NCBI RefSeq assembly: GCF_009834535.1
Contig: NC_045696.1
Coordinates: 7,690,001-7,754,000, forward strand
Length of the DNA stretch: 64,000 nt
Direction: 5' to 3'
Source of the DNA: Camelus ferus
Lineage: Eukaryota
Shown: in pieces, positions 49,373 to 62,956 of the stretch
Layout: each line of letters starts with the position of its first letter
Numbering within the stretch: position 1 is the stretch's first letter
The notes under the pieces: model-generated
What the model was told of the DNA's origin: nothing
Database searches by the model: none
What the model saw: only the letters and a program-made list of their open reading frames with translations
Program-made: the position numbers and the translations under genes

Positions 49373-52300
49373 AAAGAGACATTATAGCTGCAACTTCTTC
49401 TCACATAGTTCAGAAAAAAAATTATGAACAGATAGACAGACATAGAGCAGCCTGTGTGGTAAAAAGTTAACATTTGGGAAATCTGAGTGCTGGGTAAAGG
49501 GCACGTACAGATTTTTTGTACTATCCTTGCAAGTTTTTTTAAATCTGATATGATTTTAAAGTAAAAGGTTAGAAACATAAAGGAAAACAAAATAATCATT
49601 GACCTTGGAGCCAACCAGAACTTGACTTGAAGTCCTGATTTGTGGCCTCACCTTCCGAAGACTGTGTCATCATCTGACTTGCCGAGTTTGGATGAGATAA
49701 TGCACGTAAAGTGTGACATACTGTGCAGAGAATCCACATCAATTCCAGATGACCAAGTCGAAACGTCTACAGTGCCTTCAGGAAAATGCTTCCCAGAAGT
49801 CTTCTTGCCACATGGTCAAGATAAGTCAATGTCCATCTTCTGAAATGGCAGCCACATTTCAAAACCGAAGGCCCTCTGTTGCGTAGCTGAACCATGGTGT
49901 CGGCTCCATGGTGGGGCCCCTCCACACCCATTTGAAGATGATGGATTCTGATGAGCCTGAGAAGTGGGTTGAGAAGATCCTGTGATCTGGGGACTCCTAG
50001 TGGAGGGGTTAGGACATGGTCTAGGTTCCATATGTGGTGGCAAGTTTAATTATGCAGAGGATCTGGGATTAGGCCCGTTTTGGAGGCTTGACTTCAGCGG
50101 TCGCTGTGGGTTCCATGAGTATTTCAGTCTACAGTTTAGTTGTCCATTCGTGAACACTGTAACAGCACTGGTCTAAGGTAGGCGGTGGTGCTCCGGCATC
50201 CAGTTTTTATGGTGCAGTGTCGGGGTAAGCAACGGTGGTTTGTGTTCATCTTGACTGAACGTCAATAAATGCTTGGTGTACTTCTTAGAAAGGTGCCTCA
50301 TTCTGAAAGCTGAATCCATAGGACTCACTCCCTGTGAGCAGTTAAATGATTTAGCAGTCGTGTGATGCTGTTATGTGTGTATGTTGGAAATGCGGAAGAT
50401 TAGATGACAACCTATGGATGATTGGTACCCTGGGAGATATGGAAATTAAACAGGCATGTCAAACAGAGCAGCTGACTCAACAGGATTACAACTGGGGCCT
50501 CTACTCCAGGGGACTCCAAGGGGGCAGGTTGTGATGTGCTCCTCTGAGCAGTGCCTCTAACTAAAATGCTCACCCTGTTAGACACCAAAACACGTAAGGG
50601 AATATGATCTAATGCCTACTTATTTAACAGCTTTCCAAAAGGACTGATCGATGACAGGTCGTTACAGCGTTAAGTGTCAAATCCAGAAGATAACGGAAGA
50701 ATATATTAGTAAAGCTGTTGTCCCTGTGTGTATCAGTGACCAAAATTGTTTGTAAGCAATAACCTAAAAAATGTCATATCTTTAAAAAGTCAAACAGCTA
50801 GTTGAACCAACTGTTTATAGCTTTGCTAAGTGGGTCCAGAGACCCTAGATCTGGAAGTGAAGATTTGGCAACACCGACTGTAAGTGTTCAGATCTGCCCT
50901 GGGCCAGCCCACCTCGTATATCCCTTTGTGCTTCATTCTTGCCGATTCTACACCAAGTGTTCCATTTCCTAGGTGACCGAAGAGATGCTTACCCATTGTT
51001 AGGTCACACCAACACTGGGGTTTGAATCCCAGTCTGTCCCATTTCCTGTCTGAGTTGGCTCCACCATGATGTTTCTAAAGTTCCCCTGGGAACCTTTCCT
51101 CTCCTGCCAGGAACGTTAGCCCCCAGGGTCCCTGGATAGTACCCAGCTGCTTTGGGACCGTCTGCCTCAGCTTTCTCCCTACATGCCTAGCTCTCTGTTC
51201 AGAAGTCACCAGTCAGAGGTCCAGCATCTTCCACCCCAGACCACATTCCCATGCACTGCAGAGCCTTCCCACCCGCCTCGCTCCACTGTTATGTGTTGTT
51301 GGAAGCAGAAAACCGTACTTGTTTTCTTTCGAAAAACAATACTCTGCACTCTTGCGTAGAAGGCAACTTAAAAAAATTTTTTTGATTGTACTATTAGAGT
51401 GAGGCTCTTTAAAAAATAAAATATCTTTATATTTTAGCTTTTTAACTTTTTAAAAAGCAATGCCCACATACAATGGTTGGTGTTCACAATGTAACCCATT
51501 TAGGAAAAAATAGTTTTTGAAATGAACTTTAGCACAGTTTCCTTTGAACGCCATAGAAGTAAACAGTTATAAACAGTGAGGATTCATCTCCCAGTAAAGT
51601 TTTTAAAAATCAAAAAATAAGTAGTTAGTCATCAGTGTGACTGCCTGGGTCCTCCTCCTCCTCCTTCCTCCCTACCCCTCTTATCAGGTTTCTTTTTCAC
51701 ATAGACAGCACGGGGAAACTATCTGAGAATACGTGCCTTTCTGAAGGCTGGGGATAGGGAGAGTCAGAACACAGAAGACATCGAAGAAAAGGCGCAGCAG
51801 CCTGTGCACCGAGAAGAACACGAGTTGATGAATTTCCTCGGGGCCCCAGGGATGGAGATGGAGACCCCAAGGATGTTGTAGCCTCAGGCATGCTGTCTCC
51901 CCAGCCCAGAGGCAGTCTGTGCATGGACAGTAGTCTGCAACCTTGCACAGGCCACATGCCCTGCCAGGGAACGAGTGTGAGGGACACGCATCCCCATTCG
52001 TGTGTTGTGTGTTACAGAAGATTCAGACAGCAAGTGTGGTGAAGCTCAGACAAGTTGGCCTGCATTGCAAATCTGATCTCTCAGAAATAGGAGACTGTTC
52101 GCCCACTAGTGAGCTGCAGATGTATGCTTAACCTAGTTAAAAAAAAAAAAGCTGAATTTAAGTAAATCTTTTCTTTAATAACATTTTTCCTGATTATAAA
52201 ATGAATGCACTCCAAGTACAGAAATACTGGAAAATTCAGAAGAGTATAAAGAAAAGAAAAACCACTTGAAATCTTCCCACCCAGAAATTACAAAGAACAG

Positions 52301-55300
52301 CATAACGAAGAAATTAAAATCATCATATAATTCTGTCTCCACCCTCTGGAGATAAGCACTGTTAATAGGTGTCCTTTTTGCCTATAAATGCACATAGGCA
52401 GACACAGCTTACAAAGATGGGCTCATACTGTGATGCTGTTTTTAAGCCTTTCTTTTTTATTATCAGCATAATAAAAATGTCCATCACTAAATATCTATGA
52501 CATTATTTTAAGAGTTCCAAAATAAGCAATTTTTCCAATCATCAGAAACTTATTTTGTAAAAAATATATGTATATATTTTGTGTGTGTGTAGTATTTTTT
52601 TAAGAGGAAAAAGAATAGAAGAATTCATATTTCTAATGAGAAGAAGGACTTCTTTGAATAACTTTTTTGCTTTGTACTTTCCTATAGTTTTCCAATTATT
52701 ACACTCCTCAAAATAACCACAGCTATAATTTTGGTCTATTTCCGAGCAATTTTTAAAACATCTTCGGCATCATGCGGTATATAAAGTTTTCCATCCCCAG
52801 TTAAATCATCTAATAGTGTCCGATGGCTATTTCCTATATGATATTTTTTCTTGTGGTGCTACTATGGTTTTTTTCATTTCTCTATCATGGAATGTTTGTA
52901 TTATTTATGATTTTTTTCATAGTATAATGCTGTGATGAATAATTATGTCCCTGAATTATTTTATTTCCTTGTCTGAATACTCGTTAGAATTCAGTCACTG
53001 GGTCAGAAGGCATAAAGCTTTTAAGGCTCTCATTGCATATGAACAGACTGGTTTTAACAATTTCTGCTCATTAATTACTTATCAAATGAGGCCTTGCTCA
53101 ATGATCATAGTAAAATGGGTGCTGCAGGTAACTGTTACCTTATTTTTAAAGCAGATCTTTTAGTCCTGTTCTTTGAAGTATTTGCAAATATTATACTTAA
53201 AGATTAAAACCATGCTTCTTTCCCCAGAATTTTTCAAAATAATTTAAAAATGAAAAGGAAGCAGTTATCTTAAAGAAATTTTTTTAAAAAATAAAGAAAA
53301 TAAAAAATATCCTATACCTACAATTACTGTTTTGTCGAATCTCCCTTTTCTATGAATTTTACATAGTGGGGATGAAAGTGTATGTAATTTTTATATCCTG
53401 CTTTTTAAATATGACATTCTATTGTAAGCATTTCTTGCAACACAGTCTTCATAACTATCATATTTAATGACTACAAATTAACCTCATGTACCACATCACA
53501 TAACCATTCCCCTGCTGAACTCTTTGGTTATTTCCAAATTTTCTCTATTATAGTACTGTAGTGAATGTTGACAGTTTCCTTAGGTTCGAATCTCCAAAGT
53601 GGATTGACTGGGTCTGAATTTAAACTTGGGTCCATTCAGAATTTAACTTGCACTGGTCTGTGTAGGTTAATTTTAATTATTGAAACTTGATTCCAATGAC
53701 CACATGAACTTCGGGATGTTCTGGTTGGCAAAGCACCCAGTAGATACTCTGATGTCCTTTGTAACAAGGTGGTCAGGACACCATCCTGTTTGCAAAATGA
53801 GCCTTTGGGGCTCCGGATGTTTCAGACTGAAGGGAAGTGTTCAAAAACAGAGCACTTTCCTTGGGTGCCCCGTCGGCACACAGTGCAGCATGCACGCGGC
53901 TGCCGCTCACAGAAACCTTTTATTAAACAGCCTTTGCCAACAATGAAAAAAACCCAGAGGCAGGGAGGTAGTTATGTAGCCCCCTCCTTTTTTTTCTTTT
54001 CCTCCTTTTGTGAGAACATTGTCAACTCTGGTTGGAAATGCATTTATGGTGTCTCTGCTGAAGCAACCTAGCGATTTCATTTTCAGAGATGTAAAATTTA
54101 CATTTTGCAAAAGTTCGTAAATGCTTCTTTGTTGACCGTGAGCCATGTGGTTTGGCCCCTAGAGTTATCTCAGATAGCACAAATAAATCTGGCGGTCCCC
54201 ACTTGTCTCACACTAAACATTCCCTCCTTCCCCCGTTGTCTCCCTCCTCGCAGAATTTCCTCTTGGCCTTCAGCAGCACAGACTCAGTCCTCTCTCATCA
54301 ATATGCCCTGTTAACTGCTGCCAAACCTCCAGCACTTTAGTGCATATGTTCCCTTCATCATTTCTCTTTGTTCTAGAAGTCTGCATTCGGTTTCTGAACC
54401 TCCCTGCCTCCCCTCGCCTAATTCCACTATCATTATCACTGGCTATAGACATGACCGTCTACTGTCTACCCTCAATTGCCTGCTGTGGAGAGAGCCTTCA
54501 AAATCTGCTCAAAATGTTCTAAGTCATCCCCTGCTTCCCATAGAAAACGTCGGTCCCCCGCCCCAGAGCCTGCGGCCTTAGGAGCCCAGTTGAAGGGTCG
54601 CTGGGTCTCCCTGGTGATCAGAGGCTCCTAGATGACAATGTTACCTCCCTTCAAGGACAAAGATGCCTTCTTAGGATTTTCTGCTGGTCCCACGCAAGAA
54701 AAGGACGCTTTATTCTTGGAGCCCGACAGCGTATAGGCACAGTCGATCTCAATGGGTTATTCATGGTGTCCAAGAGAAATACCTCTGGAGCTGTATTTCA
54801 TGTGAGATGGAAGTGGGCTTGGCACACAGACAGTGGGCTGCCTGCTCCCGGGAATGCCCTGTGCCTGTCAGACCAGCCCAGCCCCTGCCCGAGGTGGCCA
54901 GGCTCTTCTGAGCAAGCAAGGGGGTCTTCTGGCTCCTCCTAACCGGGCCTGTGCCCTGTGAGACTGCCAGCCAGTGTGCACGGACAGGCGCTGTGTGTAG
55001 TTTCGGGGTTTAAGTATTTTTCTTTTCTTACCGTTTGTTAAGTTCCATCCGGTTGCCTGAGTCGGGAGGCGAGGATGAAGAACTATCACAGTGTGGTCTT
55101 TCCCCTCGGCACCCGGTGCTGTGGGACCCTGGAATCTATTCTTAGAAACTTGGCTCGTACAAAATACCATGTCTCTGTCCTCCCTGCCCTTGCCACTTCC
55201 CTCCCCTAAAAATGTATCTCAAAGAAGCCCCAGCAGCTGCACTGATGGTGTGCAAACCTGATTTTTGCTTTGTTTAGTAAATCCTACTGTGAACGATGCC

Positions 55301-56119
55301 TGCTCAGTACCTGGTCAGCAACTCCTGGGAATGCAGAGGAAAAGCTTCCTGACATGGAGTGAAATATGTAGAAAGGAGCTGGACGGAAATTCTCAGCTCA
55401 GAGTGAGGGTTTTTTTTTTTTTCCTTTTGTGGAAAAAAAAAGTTAATTTTGACTTGTTTGGTAGAGATACAGTACACTTTTCTACCTGTTCCCTAAAGGG
55501 AAGTTTGTATTCTTTTAAATAAAACCATTTTAAAAGCAGAACCCAAACCTAAAAGGATCCAGGGTTCTCCTGAGTTCTCAGAAGGTGTAGATTTATTTAC
55601 TATAGTTAAAACATAATTAGTTCTCAGGGGATAGTGTGTCTTTTAAACGGCTTTATGGCCACCATATTAGTTTTCTGAATAATCAGAAACTTCTGTTATG
55701 ATTATGTTCTCGTGTTCGGACAGAAACACACTGTAAGTAGAAACAAATGTCAGGAATTGCTAATTGTCACTTCAAGAAGGGACACCACTTCAGAAGGGGG
55801 AGAAAGGATTTGATAGGAAATTGCAAAGAAGTGGAATCTGACAGTGTCTTAAATAAACTGAGTAACAGCTCAGGCAGTTACGTGTGTCCACCCCCGCCCA
55901 TCTTTTTTGGCATTAAGTGGCGTTTTCTTCATCCCTCTTCTGCCATTCTCACTACAGAGGCTGGGCCTGGGGCCAGGATCCCTCGAAACCCGGAAGGTGG
56001 CCCTTCCCTACCTGCCACACGCACAAATGAGTGCAAATGGTGTCCCCCACTGTGCCTGAGCTGTAGGTTCTCACGTCGTGTCCCTGTTCTGGCTGACCAA
56101 TCTTTCCCACCGTTTGCAG

Positions 56120-56187
56120 GTTGATGTTTGAGATGCCGCAGGAAATGGGTTTAATAGCCATCGCAGCCCGCCAGACACAGGGCAAAG
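56120..56187 (+). CDS. HLCS: HLCS internal coding exon, 68 nt: (G)[22 protein letters not shown](G)
   Basis: Acceptor tctttcccaccgtttgcag|, donor AAG|gtcagt; starts phase 2, ends phase 1; matches recalled human [23 protein letters not shown]. Not in the ORF track. Confidence 0.96.
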
Positions 56188-56445
56188 GTCAGTCATCTTT
56201 TGTTACTCTTTCTGTTGTTTTGGTTTTGTAAAATCTGTGACTCTCTGTGGCCAGAGAACCGACTGATTGCGTGTGCTGATTATTGAAATGACTTGCATTA
56301 GAAGTTGTTTGTTTTCACACACCCCTAAAACAGAGGGGGTGGGGAGGGAAATTGATACGATTGAACCATAGTAGAATTAAAGCATTCTCTCAAACTGAGA
56401 TGCTTGTGAGTGACTTGACATCTGCTTGTGATGGGGTGTGTGAGT

Positions 56446-56451
<6 letters not shown>

Positions 56452-56488
<37 letters not shown>
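56452..56488 (+). repeat. (TG)18 microsatellite with TGAG-interrupted flanks
   Basis: Direct reading; about 265 bp downstream of the 68-nt HLCS exon. Confidence 0.97.
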
Positions 56489-56490
<2 letters not shown>

Positions 56491-57114
56491 TGAGAGATGG
56501 TTTTAATGTTCAGTTACTTGTATCTTGTAAATTCCTCTTTCTGACACATCCTGTGCATTCCAGTGTGAATAATGACTATGTTATAGGGACATTTATTTTC
56601 CTGAATTTTCTCTGTGAGGTCCCTACTGTGTCTGTAGCGAGTGTCACATGGAGGGGTCTTTCGTCTGCCAGCCCCCACCCCAGATGGCACTGGAATTTAC
56701 ATGGAGTGGGCACTTGATTGCAAAGTGCTGCCCAGAGCTTCCACCACCTGCTGATCCTCAGAGGCAAGAAACCACATCCTCCCAGAATCCATTTGGGGTC
56801 CAGCCGCAAGCAGATTCCTTGCTTGGCCCCTGCCCCTCCCCACCCACAGCTGGCATCAGGCCGACCCAAGCTTTTAACTCTGAAGCAACGAAATAAGAAA
56901 TCCACTGTTTTCCACTTCTTTCTCGTGAGCATGTCTCTTGAACATAACTCAAAGAGAGAAAAAAATTCATTTTACTCAAGGCTGTGGTGCTCAATGTGGT
57001 AGTTAAAAAGGCATAGAAGAAGTTTGATTATTCCTCTCGTTTTGATTATTTTATTTTCCTGACTTCTATTTTAAGAAATAATTCAGAGAGTTAATATCAG
57101 GGATCATTTAAAAA

Positions 57115-57240
57115 ATTCAGCCTCTTTTTTTAAGTGATAATGAGATATAATTCACATGCCATACAGTACCCATCCCCCCACTTAAAGTGTTCAACACTGT
57201 GATTTTTAATATAGTCACAGGGTTGTGGGAACATCACAAT
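57115..57240 (-). mobile_element. Short L1MA/MB 3' end with TSD
   Basis: tgagatataattcacatgccata...aatatagtcacagggttgtg; flanks agggatcattt (57099) and agggatcatcttt (57241). Confidence 0.75.
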
Positions 57241-57542
57241 AGGGATCATCTTTAAAAAGTGGCTTTCAGGACCTTTCCTGGACCAGTATAGATTGGGTCC
57301 TATGTCCCCACTGTCTCTCTTCCGCCTGCATTGCCATGTGGCGAGAATTAAACTAAGAGTGATGTTGGGACACTGTAAGACTTTGAATCATCAAAATATA
57401 AATGATAGGCTCACAGAGGCAGAACATTATGCTAATTATTGGAAACTTGTTCGGCAACAGAGTCCAGATTTTAAAGAGCTTCTCTGTTGCTGAGTTAACC
57501 CCACAATATCCAAGCACCTTCAGCAGTGCCGGTTTATTCTAG

Positions 57543-58076
<534 letters not shown>

Positions 58077-60126
58077 TGAAGCACATTGGACTGGATGGGG
58101 CCATATATGTGCTGTGTTTTCTGGTGAAAAGGCTTATTTATAGACCTAAACAAACCTCCTCATTTCCTACCTTCATTTGCCACAGTCTGTGCTCAGCAAA
58201 GCTATCCTTTGTCTACAGCTGCCCTTGTGCCATGTGCATGTTCGTTTGGGGCCGTCTGCCCCCAGCTGTACGGACAGATGTGCCTGTTTCATCAGGACTT
58301 TCGAATGCTTTGGTGTCAGTTATTAAAAAGACAAGGAAAAGAGAGCAGTTAACACAGTCAAGAAGCCTTTCTCCCGTTCCCTGGGCTCCACTTACTGACT
58401 CCCCCTCCTCCTTTTTCCTGGAAGAATTTCGCATGAATGTAAGAAAGAGGTTCCTCCCCAGCCTCCCTCCCACCTACATGTGAAGCTAAAAACAATGATT
58501 GTATTAATTCCTGAAACAAGATTTTAAGATCATGACTTTCAAAGGGGGCCTGTCTTGGGGATTTCAAGGAAGAAGCAGTCCTTCCACTGCCCCTAAGCTC
58601 CTCCGACGTGGCCAGGTCTTCACAGTCGCAGAATGCAGGACTAGGGTACGTGTTTCGTATTACGTCAAGTCACTGGCACGCACACCGAAACGTGACATTT
58701 ATCCCCGGGTTCTCAGCATCCTTGCTGTGTCTGATGGGCTTGGTCTCATCAGACTGTCAACAACCTTCACAGGTCCAGCTTGCAGTCCCTGAACTGGACG
58801 TCTCACCCTGCACCAAGCATTTGAGAAGTTAAAATTTTGTTCTGGGGGAAAATATTTTTAACTGTAGCAATAGGTTCATTAGTCTTAGGAAAATATATTA
58901 CAAATTAAAATTAAATTAGTTTGTTTGGCTTGATTTTGACCATGCAGCCTCACTTGTTGGCTTAGGGAGCATTCTGTGAGTGCCTGCCGTGTGCAAGGCT
59001 CCACAGGTGCAGGGCAGCTGGCTAGGGAGGTGGGATGCTTGTCCTCCACGGTGAACCTGGGCACATGTGTCCCCCATTCTCCTTAAGAAGCTCCCACCAA
59101 AGTTCCTGTCCCATTTCTGCCATCATCCAGCTCAGTCTCATCTGTATGGTTTTTGGATTGGATTTATTCTTATTTTATTTCATTTTCAGTTTTATTGATA
59201 TCATTGACATGCTACTGTGTATAAGTTAAAGGCATACAGTTAGCTTACACAGTACAACTATAGGATGGTTGAAATAGGCCCCTGTTGCCTAGGGTTGGCC
59301 TTTTCTTACGTCCTTCCCAACTTGTCCCCAGCCAGATGTCATCTTCAGCACACACACTGTGCCCGGCCTTCCTGGACCAGAGGCAGCATCGGTGGAATGC
59401 TCGCCATTCCTTCTGGAACCCTCTCTGGGCTGCCTGCTCTTCCTCCTGCTGTCTCTTCTGCCCTTGAGGTCCCGCTGGGCTCCTCCCACCCATACATCCC
59501 CGTTCCTGCTCTCTTCTCTGTACCTCCAAGTCCCATTCGCCCTCGGAGGCCCAGCTCCAGTGCTGCTCCTGGAACCTTCTAGCTATGGACTCTCCCTCCT
59601 CCGACACCCTATGGCACTTTAAACACCTGGGCCACTTTCGTGGTCCCTCCCAGGGACTGCTTGGAAGCAGGGTTATTTGTACTCCAGTTCTATCTCCTAC
59701 AAATTCACCAGCTCTCTGAATGCAGGATTAGTTTTGTTTTGGTCCCCAAAGAGCCTAGCGCCGTGCTTTCTACATGGAAAGCCCATAGCAGCTGTTTGAA
59801 TAAAAGATTGAGACAGTGAGAAACAAGCAGTTAGACTTTCTCTTCGTCTTGGAATAGATGTCCTTGTTTACCTGCGTGAGAACCCAACATTTCATAAGTT
59901 CAGGTCTAGTTTCATAACTCGACCTGAAAATGTGAAGTGAAACAGGAGCCCAAGAGCAGAGACTGTGCAAAAGTAAGCGACTGCCCCCGTGATGGGGGCG
60001 CTGTTCCCGAGCTTCCGCAGGGACGGTGCAGGCCGCGGTAGGATGTGGGCCGGCGAGAGAGGACAAAGAAGGGGTCTCGGGAGAACGACCAGGACCAAAG
60101 TTTCCAAGTTACAGATTTTTCTAGAC

Positions 60127-60345
60127 CAGCTTTTCTCACTCTCAGCACTATTCACATTTGAGCCCCTACATCTTGGTTGCAGGGCCATCCTGTGCATTAC
60201 AGGCTGCAGACCAGTACTGGTGGCCTCTCCCCACTGGATACCAGTAGGATTCCTTCAAGCTGTGACAGCCTGAATCATCTCCCAATATTGCCACGTGTCC
60301 CCGGGAGGGCAGACTCCCCACCCCCACTCCCCCACTGAGAACCCT
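60127..60345. mobile_element. MER20 hAT element
   Basis: cagcttttctcactctcagcactattcacattt...cctgtgcattacagg...attgccacgtgtcccc...ctgagaacc. Confidence 0.85.
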
Positions 60346-60356
60346 ATTTTTTTTTT

Positions 60357-60715
60357 AACATTTTTTATTGATTTATAATCATTTTACAATGTGTCAAATT
60401 CCAGTGTTCAGCACAATTTTTCAGTCATTCATGGACATATACACACTCATTGTCACATTTTTTTCTCTGTGAGTTATCATAACATTTTGTGTATATTTCC
60501 CTGTGCTATACAGTGTAATCTTGTTTATCTATTCTACAATTTTGAAATCCCAGTCTATCCCTTCCCACCCTCCACCCCCCGGTAACCTCAAGTCTGTATT
60601 CTCTGTCTGTGAGTCTATTTCTGTCCTGTATTTACGCTTTGTTTTTGTTTGTTTGTTTTTGTTTTTTTTTTAGATTCCATATATGAGCGATCTCATATGG
60701 TATTTTTCTTTCTCT
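60357..60715 (-). mobile_element. Young 5'-truncated L1 3' UTR
   Basis: tttattgatttataatcattttacaatg...ccctgtgctatacagtg; flanked by tgagaacccta(t)n aac direct repeats. Confidence 0.92.
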
Positions 60716-60738
60716 TGAGAACCCTATTTTTTTTTAAC

Positions 60739-60884
60739 TTTTTTTTTTTTTTTACTCTTTTTTTGGGAGGGGGGATCATTAGGTTTGTTTGTTTGTTTGT
60801 TTGTAGGAGGTTCTGGGGATCGAACCCAGGACCCTGTGCATGCTAAGCATGTGCTCTACCACTTGAGCTACCCCTCTTTGCCCC
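60739..60884 (-). mobile_element. tRNA-derived camelid-type SINE (Vic-1-like)
   Basis: ggggatcgaacccaggaccctgtgcatgctaagcatgtgctctaccacttgagcta (B and A boxes on minus strand), T-rich tail. Confidence 0.92.
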
Positions 60885-61387
60885 AGAACCCCATTCTAAC
60901 CAGAGAAGAAGTAGGAGGCTCCCTATCCTAGGACAGATGCGCTTCTAAAGGACAGGAGCACATTCTGCGTGGCCGAGGTGAGGAGAAGGCCTGCTGGGGG
61001 GAGAGGAGGGGGTTGCCTGGAAGCAGCAGGTGGCAGAACAGGGTGTTAAGCACCTGGGGACTTGGCATCAGAAAGCCCAACTCTGCCACTTGCAAGAGGT
61101 GCAGCCTTAGGCAAGCCAGGCAGTCTGTAAGCTTCAGTTCCTTCCTTTGTTAAATAGAGATGACGCTGGTTCCAACACTTGGTTTGGTCGAAGTGCTGAG
61201 CTGGGGCTCGGCGCCCAGCCTGCCCCCAGTGAAGGAGGAGCCAGCCCTGTGGGGCTGAGAGGCCATTAGCTGCTCTCTGGTCTCTTGGTTTTATTTTGCT
61301 GAGTGTCTTTCCTTCAGCCTCACGTGTCCAGATGGGCTTCCTCTACCTACAGCATGGCGCCACCTGGCTCCCAGGCCCAGGCCCAGG

Positions 61388-61988
61388 TGAAGTGGGAGGA
61401 AAGGGGCAGGGCACAAGCACTGAAGGACTGACACAGCCATGGAGGGCAGGACACACTGGTTAGAACCAAGATGGCAGAAGATCTGACTTCCAGTAGACCT
61501 TGAGCCTCACAGCACATCCACCGGTGCCAGGACAGTCCCCAGGCTGACCAGAAAAGGTTAAAAAGTGTGTGGGGGGGCTGCATTTCCTGGAAATCCTCAC
61601 TCCTTCCTCAAGGTAATTGGAGTGATCCTCCTGCACATTAGCATGTAAAATTACCCAGCCCATAAAACCTGACAACCCCGCGCCCCGTGGTCGCTCTCGC
61701 TCTGTCGTGCTCACCTTCTGAGACGGCCCGTACTCTGTCTATGGAGGGTGTATCTGCTTTTACTCTAAGCACCCCGCACCTCTCGGCTTCTCTCCTTCTC
61801 AGCTTTCTGAGATGGCCCACATTCTGCCGATGGAGTGTGTGTCTCTTAAGACATCTTCCCTTCTGAGTGAGACAGACTGCACTCTGTCTGTGGAGTGTAT
61901 ATCTCTGTAAATAAACATACTTTCACTTTACCATGCCTTACTCTTGAATTCTCTCCTGCGCAAGTCAAGAACCTATTCTCCCCCAAAA
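61388..61988 (+). mobile_element. ERV1 solo LTR, MER41-like
   Basis: Starts TG; aaccaagatggc, actctgtctatggag, AATAAA 61910-61915, cttgaattctctcctgcgcaagtcaagaacc; probable 4-bp TSD cagg (61384-61387, 61989-61992). Confidence 0.82.
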
Positions 61989-62767
61989 CAGGAGTCCTGG
62001 CAGTTCTGGTGCTCACTGCGTCTCACCCAGTCTGTGTGCCCTAACTTCACAATTATGGCAAGAGGTGGGGGTCTGGTTGGCCCAGTTCAAGGCAGTGTCC
62101 ATCCTTGGACCATTCCACTGAGACCAAGGCACAGGCAGGGTTGCCCAGGCCACAGCTTTCAGGAGGGAGAGGGAGTAGGCCATAGACAAATCCATTTCTG
62201 TCACCCAAGCTGACTTTTGGCAGTCCTTGGAGACTTCTCATAACTCAGTAAGATGAGTTCCTACTCTGTATCTGCATAGCATTCTATTCAACAGTCCTAC
62301 TTGACTTTTACGTTGGTGGTTAATTCATAGCCAACTTTCTCTTGAGCATGAGCCCCTTAGGAGAAGACAGCCCTGAGACTACTACTCTCCCACTGCCCCC
62401 AGCCCCCAGCACACGACGGTACTCCGCAGTGATGGCTGCTGATACTGAGATAATGAACTTAATCCACAAGAGAGGCGTCTTCAGAAAGTGTTTCTGATAA
62501 TGATGAACAGCAGCGGTGGGGGGTGGGGGAGGGCCCTGGGAGAGCTGAGTGTTTTCTTTAGGTCTCCTTCCCTCTCACCCCAAGAGGTACTTTCATACTG
62601 ATTGTTCTAAGGAAGTGATTAGCTGTCTGAAAAAAGAGGAGAGGATGAGACCCCATGTTCCATTTATTTCAAGAGTATTCTGCTCATCTTTTATTTTAGC
62701 TGGATGACCTCTCCTGATCCCTTTGTGTCCTGTGACTACTTGATTTAATATGCAGATTTCCCTTTAG

Positions 62768-62956
<189 letters not shown>

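Larger units (their letters stand above)
44960..49570 (+). mobile_element. Old L1M ORF2 3' part and long 3' UTR hosting several younger insertions
   Basis: tccagaaatagatccaag, ccttctgacccagaatcccacttctaggaatctaccctgaag, atggagactaaggaggcatgacagctaaatgca, tcaatgttaagttcctgattttgat. Confidence 0.8.
1..56119 (+). other. HLCS: 3' part of a very large HLCS intron (phase 2); upstream exon lies outside the window
   Basis: No HLCS-like coding exon recognised before the acceptor at 56118-56119; dense old repeats. Human HLCS has a very large intron at the equivalent position (recall). Confidence 0.85.

Noticed and set aside
51640..51880. Polypyrimidine tract and acceptor at 51704 followed by a 57-codon open stretch
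   Set aside because: In the HLCS phase it stops after about 6 codons; no convincing donor and no recognisable protein.
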